From an uncultured archaeon (GTDB taxonomy: Archaea > Asgardarchaeota > Lokiarchaeia > Sigyniarchaeales > SOKP01), in contig CAZGJX010000026.1 in the NCBI GenBank assembly GCA_964525635.1, positions 1 to 41,123 on the forward strand: a stretch of DNA of 41,123 bases. The letters run 5' to 3'. The notes beneath the pieces are model-generated. The model had not been told where the DNA came from. It did not search any database and was given only the letters and a program-made list of their open reading frames with translations. Positions 10,895-20,964 of the stretch are shown here, one piece after another. The position numbers and the translations under genes were made by a program. How positions within the stretch are numbered: the first letter of the stretch is position 1; the number at the start of each line of letters is the position of its first letter.

Positions 10895-10926
10895 TGAAGA
10901 TCACCAAGTTGAATTATCTTCTTTGA

Positions 10927-11751
10927 TTATTCTTCATCATATTCTAAGAAAAGTGCCTTGCCATCTGTTAAAGGATTAATAAATCTTAAAAATTCTGGTA
11001 AAGTAGCAACATCAATTGAACCTTTTATTTTGAAAGGAATTTTATGCCATTTTTGTGTACTTAGATTTGCCCTAAAAATCTCAAATCCAAAGGATCTTCC
11101 ATTTATTTGATAAGGATCTATAACTAAAGCTATAGCTTTCTCCCATAATTTTTGATATCTAGATTGTGTTGTGATATCTTCAGAACTCATGAATAAACCA
11201 TAAGAAGGATGAGAATGATACCATCCACATATAAACAATCCATTTCTTTTTATATCTCTAAATGCTTTTACAAAATTTTTATAATCTTTTACTTCAGCAT
11301 TTAAAGCCGTCCCATGACCCATTGGATAAGCATCCTCAATATGTAGTTTTTGATTTTTATCAAGTTTACCAGCGAGAAGACCAATTACTTCTACCCAATT
11401 TTCTCTTGAAATATTAGAATTAGCATACTTTAGAGCATGAGCAGCAGTTTTTAATATTGTTTGTATTGATATCTGACATTGATATTCTTTATGGGGTGCT
11501 TTTTGTATTTTTATCCCCTCTATCTTTCGAGTTTTTATTTCTTTTCTAAAAATATTCGATGATATCCTTTTATCAAGTAAGGAAATTACTTCATCAGTTA
11601 ATATATCCTCCTTCTCTTTCAACTCTTTATAAATCTCTTCTAATATTTCATTCTTAACTTTTTCAATAATCCTGCTTTTTAAATCCCGTTTAAGTGTGTC
11701 TATATACGAATCTTTTTTCTCTTCCATTAAAATTCCTCTATACTTTACCAT
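10927..11751 (-). CDS. JAMM/MPN+ metalloprotease (Rpn11/CSN5-like deconjugase) with an N-terminal helical extension
   Basis: EVIGLL followed by GWYHSHPSYGLFMSSED (HxHx7Sx2D), then ALVIDP. Confidence 0.93.
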   Translation of the reverse strand: MVKYRGILMEEKKDSYIDTLKRDLKSRIIEKVKNEILEEIYKELKEKEDILTDEVISLLDKRISSNIFRKEIKTRKIEGIKIQKAPHKEYQCQISIQTILKTAAHALKYANSNISRENWVEVIGLLAGKLDKNQKLHIEDAYPMGHGTALNAEVKDYKNFVKAFRDIKRNGLFICGWYHSHPSYGLFMSSEDITTQSRYQKLWEKAIALVIDPYQINGRSFGFEIFRANLSTQKWHKIPFKIKGSIDVATLPEFLRFINPLTDGKALFLEYDEE

Positions 11752-12272
11752 TTCTTATTGGCATATTTTTTAGTTAGATGTTTAACTTTTTTCTCAAAGG
11801 TTTTTGGATCATTCATCATTTCAATAGCTGCTTTTTTATTGAAAACATCAGTTGGGTTCACAAACTTTCCTCTAGTATTTAACATAGCTTGAATTGCTTG
11901 GATAACAGTCTTAATTGTTTTAGATGGGCTCCAGCCTCCTTTAGTCCCAACTAAACTTGGATCAATCAATGCTAAACAAATATTTCTCTCACCAGGATAT
12001 TCATGTGGTTTTGGCCAAAAATTAGGGTGCCAAATAACGGTATAAATTCTCATGAATGGAGGATTGTTTGGATAATCATGGGGGAATTTTATTTCTAGTT
12101 TATATAATCCATTTTCAAAAGCAGTACCTTTTGGACCTAAAAGGGTAACAGCTAAGTGATCAATGCTTTTTTTTTGAGGATTAAATGGTCTTAATTGAGA
12201 TATAACTCCATCTTTCATCAATTTCTTTAAAGTTGCAAAATCCTGAGATATTCTATTGCTTCTTACACTCAT
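11745..12272 (-). CDS. Ubiquitin-conjugating enzyme E2
   Basis: GPKGTAFENG, FPHDYPNNPP, HPN motif, catalytic ICL, WSPSKTI. Confidence 0.95.
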   Translation of the reverse strand: MSVRSNRISQDFATLKKLMKDGVISQLRPFNPQKKSIDHLAVTLLGPKGTAFENGLYKLEIKFPHDYPNNPPFMRIYTVIWHPNFWPKPHEYPGERNICLALIDPSLVGTKGGWSPSKTIKTVIQAIQAMLNTRGKFVNPTDVFNKKAAIEMMNDPKTFEKKVKHLTKKYANKKW

Positions 12273-12465
12273 TTTTTCATATCCTCTTCTTTATTATGAG
12301 AAATTAATTAATAATAATAATATAATTTTTTTTTTTTTTTTTCATTAATGATATAATGTTTTTCTCTTAAATATTTAATTTCTTATATATTTTCTTTAAT
12401 TTTACAAAAAAATTTTTCAATTTGAAAGGTATTTCTAATCATATTTATAAATATATTTTATAAAA

Positions 12466-13701
12466 TTATTTTAAATTTAGATTTACGAAGATTTCTCCTC
12501 CTTTAAAACCTGCTACTATTATTAATTCTAAATCTCTTAAATCATTTTCTACTAAGGTTTTATCTAAATCAATAATATTGATGTTGTTAAAATCTAATAT
12601 TGTTATAAGAGGATCCATATCAGGATCTAATTCATAACCTTTTTCAATTAGGTTGTTAATTATTAATTGACAGGGTTCATCAGATTGAATCATAATATCT
12701 TCTCTTTTTACATTTTGGCTGCATTGAATGCAAGTGGGATTTCTTTTTTTCTCTATTTGATAAAATTTCATTGTCATTGCATTAAAAATGATATAAGATT
12801 TTATTGGTATACCAAGTGAATCCTTTTTATTTAACCAATGTAAGATTTTAATTGTTTCATGAGATTGAAGGGCTGATATAATAGCGTTAATTGTAATTAT
12901 TCCAGGATCGTGTCTATCGAGAATTTTTATTATTTCTGATTTTGAAAAAGTTGGTAAAAAATTATATTTTTTAACCAGTGAGTTGGTTTCTTGTTGAATG
13001 AAATTGATCTCTTCAATTTTTTTTAAATTGGGGTCATCCCCAAATTTATCTTTATAGAGCATATTTGCTTTAAATAAACAATGAACTCTCTTTCTTGGTA
13101 TTCCAACAACAGTACAAGCAGCCATTTCATCTGATTCTGCTGTAGGTAGTGGATTACATTCAAAACAAGCATTTTCAAACGGAAAAATTGTATAGATATG
13201 TCCATGATATCCAGAAACACCTCCATCAACTAATGGTTTTTTAAACCTAATGGCTTGTGCGTTTAAATTAAGTCTTGCGTTCATTGAATCTAAACCTCCA
13301 ATAATAACATCCGCATTTTGATATAGTATAGGATCTAATCTCTCTAAGGATGAGTTATAGCCTTCAATCGTAATATATGGATTTATTTGTCTTAATTTTT
13401 TAGCAGCTGCTATTGCTTTAGATTCACCAATTTCAGCATCCACAAACAATAATTGTCGGTTTAGATTTGAAAACTCTATTATATCTAAGTCAACAAGAAT
13501 TAATTTTCCCACACCAACCATAGCTAAATTCTTAGCAATCTCACATCCAAGGCCCCCCACACCTGCTATTAAGACAATGGATTTTTTTACAATATCTTGA
13601 GACCATCCTTCAAGTCTAAATTGACGATCATATAACTCAATCTCATTTGATGTTAATTTATCACTGAAAAAATTGGATTCTTCATTCATTGAAATACACA
13701 A
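12466..13701 (-). CDS. Ubiquitin-activating enzyme E1-like (ThiF/UBA) with catalytic Cys and a probable C-terminal Ub-fold domain
   Basis: YDRQ, GVGGLG, SNLNRQ, CFEC, ACT (catalytic Cys position) and CIQC motifs. The true start may be the ATG at 13689. Confidence 0.95.
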   Translation of the reverse strand: MCISMNEESNFFSDKLTSNEIELYDRQFRLEGWSQDIVKKSIVLIAGVGGLGCEIAKNLAMVGVGKLILVDLDIIEFSNLNRQLLFVDAEIGESKAIAAAKKLRQINPYITIEGYNSSLERLDPILYQNADVIIGGLDSMNARLNLNAQAIRFKKPLVDGGVSGYHGHIYTIFPFENACFECNPLPTAESDEMAACTVVGIPRKRVHCLFKANMLYKDKFGDDPNLKKIEEINFIQQETNSLVKKYNFLPTFSKSEIIKILDRHDPGIITINAIISALQSHETIKILHWLNKKDSLGIPIKSYIIFNAMTMKFYQIEKKRNPTCIQCSQNVKREDIMIQSDEPCQLIINNLIEKGYELDPDMDPLITILDFNNINIIDLDKTLVENDLRDLELIIVAGFKGGEIFVNLNLK

Positions 13702-13775
13702 TAAATTTGAATTTTTAGTTATTTAATATTTAAAAATAAAAAAAATAATTTGATATCTAAACAAAAAATTTAAAA

Positions 13776-14159
13776 TTACATAGTTATACCTGCTGTACTA
13801 GCAGGGATAAGTAAAACTTCATCACCATCATCTACATTATACTCACTTAATGGACGATTCTCATCCATTGTTACTCCTCCTGATGATAGGTGAAAATCAG
13901 AAGGATTTAAACCAAAGATATTTCCAACTGTGTGTTTTATATCTCCTATTTTATTTGCATCATCAACGATTAATTTTTGTTTCTTCTCACCTGGACCAAT
14001 TGTAGAAGTAAAAAATAATGATTTTTTCTTCCCACCACCTGGTCCTTTTATTACTGGTGTTTTTGACTGTATTTCTGGTTTTTCTCCACTTGGAGCCTTT
14101 GAAATAGGTTCTTCTAATTCTTCGTCAAACTCATTATTAAATTCGTCATCAAAACTCAT
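13776..14159 (-). CDS. Ubiquitin-like modifier with an acidic N-terminal extension and C-terminal STAG-ITM
   Basis: Beta-grasp pattern (IGDIKHTV, FHLSSGGVTMDENRPLSEYNVDDGDEVLL); first gene of the E1-E2-JAMM-RING run. Confidence 0.88.
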   Translation of the reverse strand: MSFDDEFNNEFDEELEEPISKAPSGEKPEIQSKTPVIKGPGGGKKKSLFFTSTIGPGEKKQKLIVDDANKIGDIKHTVGNIFGLNPSDFHLSSGGVTMDENRPLSEYNVDDGDEVLLIPASTAGITM

Positions 14160-14343
14160 TAAATTAAACCTTTTCTTATTTTATTTAATATAAATATTGT
14201 TAATTAATAATAAATAAAAAACAATTCACCAATATAAATAATATTAAAATTCATTCCACTTTATAATTAAAACAATTTTATAGCAAAAAATAAAATAATT
14301 GGATTGATTCAATAATATTAATTATAATATGTGAGATATAATT

Positions 14344-15195
14344 ATGCGAGAAAAAACTCCTGCTAAATATAATATCGAAGAAAAAACACCTCTTAAAGAT
14401 AATGATCTCAACATTGATAAAAAGCTAGTTAATAAAATAAAAGAGGAGAGAAAAAAATTAGAAAAAGAAAGATTAAAATGGGAAGAGTCTGCTGAAGAAA
14501 TTCAGAAATATAATGAATCAATTGAAGAGCTTGAAAAAAAAAGAAAGGAGCTTGAGGGAGAAATTAAAGATCTTTTAAAAGAACGAGATCAACTAAGAAA
14601 GAAAAATAATGAAATAGAAGATGATATTCACGAACAGAGAAAAAATATTGATGAAGAAACCTATAAGATTAGAAAAGCTAAAAATGCATTAAATAGGAAA
14701 GAAAATGAAATCAATAACGGGTTGAATGATCTTAAGAAGAATACCGATAAATTATCAAACCTCAAAGATGATATAGAGGATGAGAAAAGGGATTTAGAAA
14801 GAATAAAAAAAAGAGAAGAAGATAGAATTAAAAAAATGAAGGATGATCTATCAAAATTAGATGATAAAAAATATTATTTAAAAAGAGACATTGAAGATTT
14901 AGATAATAAAGTGAATAAATTAAAAAATCAGATTAATAGACTTAATAGTGAAAAAAACAAATTTAATAAAGAGATGGATCAGAAACGAAATAAGCTTTCA
15001 GATGAAAAAGACAAATTAAAAAGAGACAAAAGAAAAATAGAAGATGAGAAAAACAAAATTAAACTTGAAAGAGATAAATTAGAAAAAGATAAAGAACGAT
15101 TTAGAGAAAAAAAGAGAAAATTAGAAGAAAAAATTCAAGAATTCAAGAATATTCCAAAAAGTGAAATTAGATCTAAAAGACCATCAAGATATTAA
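14344..15195 (+). CDS. Long, highly charged coiled-coil protein
   Basis: About 240 aa of K/E/D/R-rich heptads; transcribed divergently from the Ubl operon. Confidence 0.8.
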   Translation: MREKTPAKYNIEEKTPLKDNDLNIDKKLVNKIKEERKKLEKERLKWEESAEEIQKYNESIEELEKKRKELEGEIKDLLKERDQLRKKNNEIEDDIHEQRKNIDEETYKIRKAKNALNRKENEINNGLNDLKKNTDKLSNLKDDIEDEKRDLERIKKREEDRIKKMKDDLSKLDDKKYYLKRDIEDLDNKVNKLKNQINRLNSEKNKFNKEMDQKRNKLSDEKDKLKRDKRKIEDEKNKIKLERDKLEKDKERFREKKRKLEEKIQEFKNIPKSEIRSKRPSRY

Positions 15196-15390
15196 ACTAT
15201 TTATATTTATATATTTATCCTTTTATAACTTGATAATATTAGTATAAATTACCTCAATAATATTTTATTGTTTTTAACTCCAATTTTAAAGTATGCAATT
15301 GACAAAATTTTAGCAGAGCACATATAATGTCCATATTATATTCTTATTTTAATTATGATTTTCTTTTTCCCCTAAAGCAATAATAAAAAG

Positions 15391-15648
15391 ATGATTTATA
15401 TGTCTGATTCAAGAACCTTGTTAATGAAAAAACTTATAGCAATTTGTCCCATCTGTAAAAAACAAATTTATGGGAGAGATATCGATATTAATTGTATTGA
15501 TAAAGAAAAAATTAGAAATTGGCCATTAAGATATGTTCACTGTCATTCTGATAATAATACACCTCTTCATGCTTTAACAATGTACTTAGATGCAAACCTT
15601 TGTGTTAGAGGGAGAGAAGTTTCAGATTTCATAAAAATTCAAAAATAA
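15391..15648 (+). CDS. Small putative Zn-binding protein
   Basis: CPIC...HCH...H pattern; YLDANLCVRGRE motif. Confidence 0.75.
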   Translation: MIYMSDSRTLLMKKLIAICPICKKQIYGRDIDINCIDKEKIRNWPLRYVHCHSDNNTPLHALTMYLDANLCVRGREVSDFIKIQK

Positions 15649-15764
15649 TCATTTTTTCATTTATTATTATTTAATTATAAGAGTTGAGAGCTTTTATTCA
15701 ATAATTAAAATATAATGAAAACCTGCTAATGATTGATTAATTATATTCATTTAGCAAGTTATAC

Positions 15765-17816
15765 TCATGTATTTTCAAATAGATTAGAGCTTGGGTCAAG
15801 AAACGCATTTTGACAAGAAGGACAACTATTATATTTTGAAAGCCAAAATGCTACACATAAATAATGATAAACGCCACTACAAAATGGGCATTTAATTATA
15901 TTCTCTCTTATAAAGTTGATTTTCTTATGACATACGCCACATTGTATATTAGAAACTTCAATTCCTTCTCTGATTCTAACTTTTGTTTCTAATATTCCTT
16001 CTAGGTTTAATAATTCTTTATTATATAATTGCTCTTCATGAGCTAATTGATTTAATTTTGCTTTTAATTCAATTATTCTTTCTTTCAATTCGTCTTCTGT
16101 TAGTTTTTCAGCTAAATAACTTGATAATGCAAAATTGATTGGTAATTCTTCATTATCCATGTTAGTATCTCTAAGTTCTGTTATTTCTTCAAATAGAGAT
16201 TCTTCTTTTTTAATTAAATCTCCAAAATTCTTATAGAGTTTAGTTAGCAATTGTGATAAAAGGAAACTAGTCTGTTGCTTTTTTCTATTAAAATTATCTT
16301 CCCATTCTTTAATTATATGATATTGATCAACGTCCTTTTCTTTGAATGCATTTAATTTTATATAAACGTTGCTTTTTATCTCGTTTATTTTTAGCTTATA
16401 ATCCTTAATAATATCATTTATCTGTTTGAGAGGTGAAAATTTATCAGTTAAAATTAAAACGGTTCTATCTCGATATTCATTGATTATTTTATTTAGTTCT
16501 TCGATTTTTTTGTCAATAAATACTTTAATATTTTCCTTTAATTTTTCATTTTTATTTGTTTTAAGGTATTCTATAAATTCTTCTTTACGGCGATATATAT
16601 CATCTAAATAAATTCTATATGAGTTTCGCAATGAGTCTAAAATAATTTCAAAAGGATTTAAAAAATATTCATAATAGGTTAAGTTTTCATAAAATCTTTT
16701 CATTTTCTCATATAAAATTTCAATTTTTTCTGAGTATTTTTCAATAAATTCATCAATTTTATTTGATTCTTCGATTTCTGAGATTTTACGTTCATAATAA
16801 TTCTCAAATCCTCTAATATAACTATCTATTAGAATTGGTAAGAATTGAGAAATTTTACCTTTTATTAATTGATTAAAATCTATAATTTCTGATTTCTTTT
16901 CTTTAGAATCAATATCTTTATCTAAGTTATCTATTTCTTTAATTATATTTTCTAATCCATCATGAATTGAATCTTTAATAATCGGTTTCAAAAATAATTT
17001 TAAATCTTTTATTTTTTCTTTTCTTTCAACTATATTATAAAATTCTTGTTTTTGGTACTCTTCTATTATCTTATTTAAAAATAAAATATAGACTATTTCT
17101 GAATAAAATTGTAATAGATTTTTATCTTTTTTTGAAATGTAGTCATAAAGAATAATAAAATCAAATGTATATTTCTTATCTTTCTTTTTTGATGATCCTT
17201 TTGATTTATTTTCAATCTCTTTTTTCAAGTAATCGAAAATATCTGAAAATTCATCCCAAACATATAAATTCTCCGGTAATGTTATTATTTCAAAATTAAA
17301 GTTAATAATTTTTTGAATTTGCAACCATAAATAAGAGGAGTCTTCATATTGAAGAGGTATAATCCTTATTGAATTCTCTATTTTCTTTTGAATAATTTTT
17401 ATTTTTTCTGATAAATCTGAGATTTTTGAAAAATAATTATTTAGATATTCATTATCTTTTAAAAATCTGATAGTATTTTGTGTATTTAACTTTAAATTAT
17501 ATAGGTTATTAAATATAACTTTGATTTCATTTAATATTTCTAACTTTAAATAGTAAAATTCATCACTTTTGTTAAAAATCCATTGCTCTAAATTTAATAG
17601 ATAACTATTAAGAAAACTATCTATATTTTTAGCATATTCAGAACAGAAATTTAAATATTCTTCTGAAAATTTCTCTTTAATGATTGATAAGAGCTCATTC
17701 TCTTCAATCTTTTTCTCCTTATAATCTGAGACCTTTTGTTTTATTTCTAATATCTCATCCTTAGAGAATCCAGAAAATTGTTTAACTTTATTTAGAGTAT
17801 TATTAACTAATTTCAA
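15765..17816 (-). CDS. Large helical/coiled-coil protein with a C-terminal RING finger (putative E3)
   Basis: CGVC...CPFC...HYLC...W...CPSC at the C-terminus. Confidence 0.85.
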   Translation of the reverse strand: MKLVNNTLNKVKQFSGFSKDEILEIKQKVSDYKEKKIEENELLSIIKEKFSEEYLNFCSEYAKNIDSFLNSYLLNLEQWIFNKSDEFYYLKLEILNEIKVIFNNLYNLKLNTQNTIRFLKDNEYLNNYFSKISDLSEKIKIIQKKIENSIRIIPLQYEDSSYLWLQIQKIINFNFEIITLPENLYVWDEFSDIFDYLKKEIENKSKGSSKKKDKKYTFDFIILYDYISKKDKNLLQFYSEIVYILFLNKIIEEYQKQEFYNIVERKEKIKDLKLFLKPIIKDSIHDGLENIIKEIDNLDKDIDSKEKKSEIIDFNQLIKGKISQFLPILIDSYIRGFENYYERKISEIEESNKIDEFIEKYSEKIEILYEKMKRFYENLTYYEYFLNPFEIILDSLRNSYRIYLDDIYRRKEEFIEYLKTNKNEKLKENIKVFIDKKIEELNKIINEYRDRTVLILTDKFSPLKQINDIIKDYKLKINEIKSNVYIKLNAFKEKDVDQYHIIKEWEDNFNRKKQQTSFLLSQLLTKLYKNFGDLIKKEESLFEEITELRDTNMDNEELPINFALSSYLAEKLTEDELKERIIELKAKLNQLAHEEQLYNKELLNLEGILETKVRIREGIEVSNIQCGVCHKKINFIRENIIKCPFCSGVYHYLCVAFWLSKYNSCPSCQNAFLDPSSNLFENT

Positions 17817-17933
17817 AATAATTGCACATCGATATCTATAATTAGATATTTATAAAAATGAAATAGTAAATAAATTCTTATTGAATTATTAGAATGAACT
17901 ATTTATTTAATTAAGAAAAAGAGAATTAAGAAA

Positions 17934-18548
17934 TTATTCTCCCAATTCATCAATATCTATATGTTTTTCTTTAGTTCCATCCTTCGTGATAGTTAAAATA
18001 TCTATCCCATTACCAGACATCACATCTCTTTTCATTGCACTTCGAATTACTTTTTCAACTAGCTTCTCTCCTTGCTCTATTGTTAAATTGGGTGTATATT
18101 CAGCCTCTAGTATACCTATAGACATGAGCATACCTGTTCCTGCAACCCCATACTCTTCGGGGATTAAAGAACCAATTGCATCTAAAGTATATAATTTTGG
18201 ACCATCTTTATCCATGCCAGCAACAATTAAATTTGTATATAATGGTGCCATCTTTCGAGAAAATAAATAGTTAGATACTAATTTTGCTAGACTTTTTGTA
18301 GAAATTCTTTCTCTTGTATTCAATTTATATAAATTCGCCTGTGCTATTAGAATTTTAACAAGGATCTGAAAATCTCCAATAAGACCATAAGCTGCTAAAC
18401 CAATATAATTATTTATTTTAAATACTTTCCGGGTTGATTTGTTGGTTACAGTATAACCCCATGTTGCTCGATTATCATTTCCTAAAACAACACCATCTTT
18501 ACATTTTATTGCAACTCCACAAGCCCCGGGAACTGTTATTTGAGACAT
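17934..18548 (-). CDS. psmB: 20S proteasome beta subunit, probably non-catalytic
   Basis: KDGVVLGNDNRAT, GLIGDFQ, LYTLDAIGS and RDVMSGNGID motifs. The canonical G-TTT is replaced by G-ACG. Confidence 0.93.
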   Translation of the reverse strand: MSQITVPGACGVAIKCKDGVVLGNDNRATWGYTVTNKSTRKVFKINNYIGLAAYGLIGDFQILVKILIAQANLYKLNTRERISTKSLAKLVSNYLFSRKMAPLYTNLIVAGMDKDGPKLYTLDAIGSLIPEEYGVAGTGMLMSIGILEAEYTPNLTIEQGEKLVEKVIRSAMKRDVMSGNGIDILTITKDGTKEKHIDIDELGE

Positions 18549-19159
18549 AATAAAAATCTTTTCTTTGGTAATTAGAATTTAAAAATATAGAATCTTTTTA
18601 GTAGTATAAAATTATAAAATAAATTAAAATTTACCTTTTAAAATATTAATATTCATATTATTTTAAAATATATACACATCTTATTTTAAAATGAATATTG
18701 CAATTCTTGTATTATCCTTAAATATTTCAATGTCGATTATTAATAGATTTTTTTTTTGCAGATTACCTAGTAATTTTTAAATAGTATTAACAGATGTTTT
18801 CCAACCTTATTTGAGATACATTTAGTTCTTTTATTAAAATTTTAATAAATACTATAGTAATCATCAATTAATTGAAGTATATACGAAATTTTTCAATAAT
18901 CAAATATCAATTATCAATGAGTAAGATTATAATATAGTTATAACTCTATTTTTTTGGTATATAACCTATTTACATTTAATAAATAATATGTTTTCAATAA
19001 ATTTTTGTCGTAATTTTTTTTAACCTACCGCACAACTATCTTTCCAATTATATCAATAAGTTTAAATATCTCTTCAGATATAATATTATCTAAGTACTTT
19101 AAAAAATAAATCAAAAAAAAATTAAAACCTTAAATTTTAAAGTTTTTAAATAAAATAGT

Positions 19160-19165
19160 GGAGGA
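19160..19165 (+). promoter_or_regulatory. Shine-Dalgarno motif of the histone gene
   Basis: GGAGGA 7 nt upstream of ATG 19173. Confidence 0.6.
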
Positions 19166-19172
19166 AATAAAA

Positions 19173-19391
19173 ATGGCTAAAAAGAAACATACTTTCGCTT
19201 GGAGCCCAATTAGAAGATTAATGAAACAACAAGGTGCAAGCATTGTTGCAAGAGATGCAGTTGATCTATTAATTGATCACTTAGAAAAATCTGCTCGAGC
19301 CTTAACTGAGCAAGCTAAGAAATTTACTATGCACGCTAACAGAAAAAAGATAACAAAAAATGATCTTCTCTTATCAATTAAATATAAATAA
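19173..19391 (+). CDS. Archaeal histone (HMf-like fold)
   Basis: PIRRLMK...VARDA...HANRKKITKND. The ATG at 19173 is preceded by GGAGGA. Confidence 0.93.
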   Translation: MAKKKHTFAWSPIRRLMKQQGASIVARDAVDLLIDHLEKSARALTEQAKKFTMHANRKKITKNDLLLSIKYK

Positions 19392-19923
19392 ACTATAATG
19401 GGCTATATAATATTAATTTTTTTTTTTTCTTTATTTTCTATTATATTGAATCTTATATCTCAAAGTGAAAAGAATATATTTTTCAATTATTCTTAAACAA
19501 CTTTTATGTCTATAATAACAATTATTTGTACAAAAATCTAGTCAAATTCTCGAAAGATTTCGCAATGATCCAAAATAATACTTATTATAGTGAAGTATAT
19601 GAAAATTTAGCAAAGATAGAGGAAAGGTGGTGTGATCAGTGGTTTAAAATCAGAAGCAAAGATGGAGTTATCCTTCTTATAATTTAATGTTTATGGAGTA
19701 TACAATGAAGTGTGAAGAATGTGGCAAAGAAGTAAAAGGTCATAATAGTCTAGAATTTAGGAAATGATATGTTCTTAATTGATTAATTATAATATTACAT
19801 AATCATCTATTGATAATGCATTTTATAAGGATTGGTTAAAATTTAATACTCAACCATAATGTATTTTTAAATTATAAAACTAATTAAAATATAGAATATA
19901 ATAATTTTTTAAAGTGTATAAAT

Positions 19924-20562
19924 ATGGCAAACGAGGCTACTGAAGAGCCCCATAAAGTAAATGGTAAAGCAAAAAGGATTTTATTTGAAGCAATGGATTT
20001 GATTCTAAAAAATCTTAAAGAAAATATAACTCATTTAGATGCAAATTTCAAACACACACAAAAATTTATCAATATTGTACATGATGGATTAGTTAATAAT
20101 CGTCGATTTTTCTTACTTGCATCTGGGAGGAGTGCTTTTATTTTACAATGTTTTGCTACAAGATTAGTTCATTTAGGTGCAGAAGTCCATATGGTAACTA
20201 ATTTAGCAAGTATTCCTGCGATTCGAAAAAAAGATGTTTTAATCGTACTTTCAGGATCGGGAACTACTTCCATAGTAGTTAGTCTTTTAAAGAATTATGT
20301 AAATACAATAAAACCCCACGCAATAGTCTGCATCACAAGTCATCCTGAAACACGAATAGGAAGAATTGGTGATATTACTATAAAATTGATAGGTCGTACA
20401 AAAAAGGATAGAGATCCTTTTGAATATGCATCATTAACTCCAGAGGGAACTCAATTTGAACAAGCTTCATTTACATACCTAGATGCTATAATTGCAGAAT
20501 TAGCTATAAAATTAGGCAAAACAGATGAAGATCTTCTAAAAAAACATTCTGAGACTATTTAA
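19924..20562 (+). CDS. hxlB: 6-phospho-3-hexuloisomerase / SIS-domain protein
   Basis: SGRS, FATRLVHLG, SGSGTT and PEGTQFE motifs. Confidence 0.85.
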   Translation: MANEATEEPHKVNGKAKRILFEAMDLILKNLKENITHLDANFKHTQKFINIVHDGLVNNRRFFLLASGRSAFILQCFATRLVHLGAEVHMVTNLASIPAIRKKDVLIVLSGSGTTSIVVSLLKNYVNTIKPHAIVCITSHPETRIGRIGDITIKLIGRTKKDRDPFEYASLTPEGTQFEQASFTYLDAIIAELAIKLGKTDEDLLKKHSETI

Positions 20563-20964
20563 TAATCCTATAAATCTTTTTTCATTCATAGAACATCTAT
20601 AAATTAAAATGATATTGAAATATAAATTAAGCAAATAAAATTTAATTAGAAAAGAAAGATATAAATATCTATACTTTTTAATTTAAATGTGCCCATTATA
20701 GTGTTTCTACGAGGCTAATTAAAAATTATTGCTATGAATAGAAATCTCCAAATGTGGCACACACTTTTTCTATAAATCCTTAAATTCTTTTCAAGTGAGT
20801 TTACTTGAATTAGTAGATATTATATTAATTAATATAAATTCTTCTTTTTTTTAAATTATTTTTTATTTTTTAATCCATTTTAATCACTAAAATTAAAATT
20901 AAATATATTCATTATCTTATTAAATCATTTTAGACTAAAATAAATTCTATTTTTTAAAAATAAA

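Noticed and set aside
12326-12342. 17-nt T homopolymer between E1 and E2 as a regulatory or phase-variable element
   Set aside because: Long A/T runs are common in this window, and the T-run is on the strand opposite to operon transcription.
20790-20809. Inverted repeat TTCAAGT-N6-ACTTGAA as an ncRNA or operator
   Set aside because: Short, AT-rich and single-copy; insufficient support.
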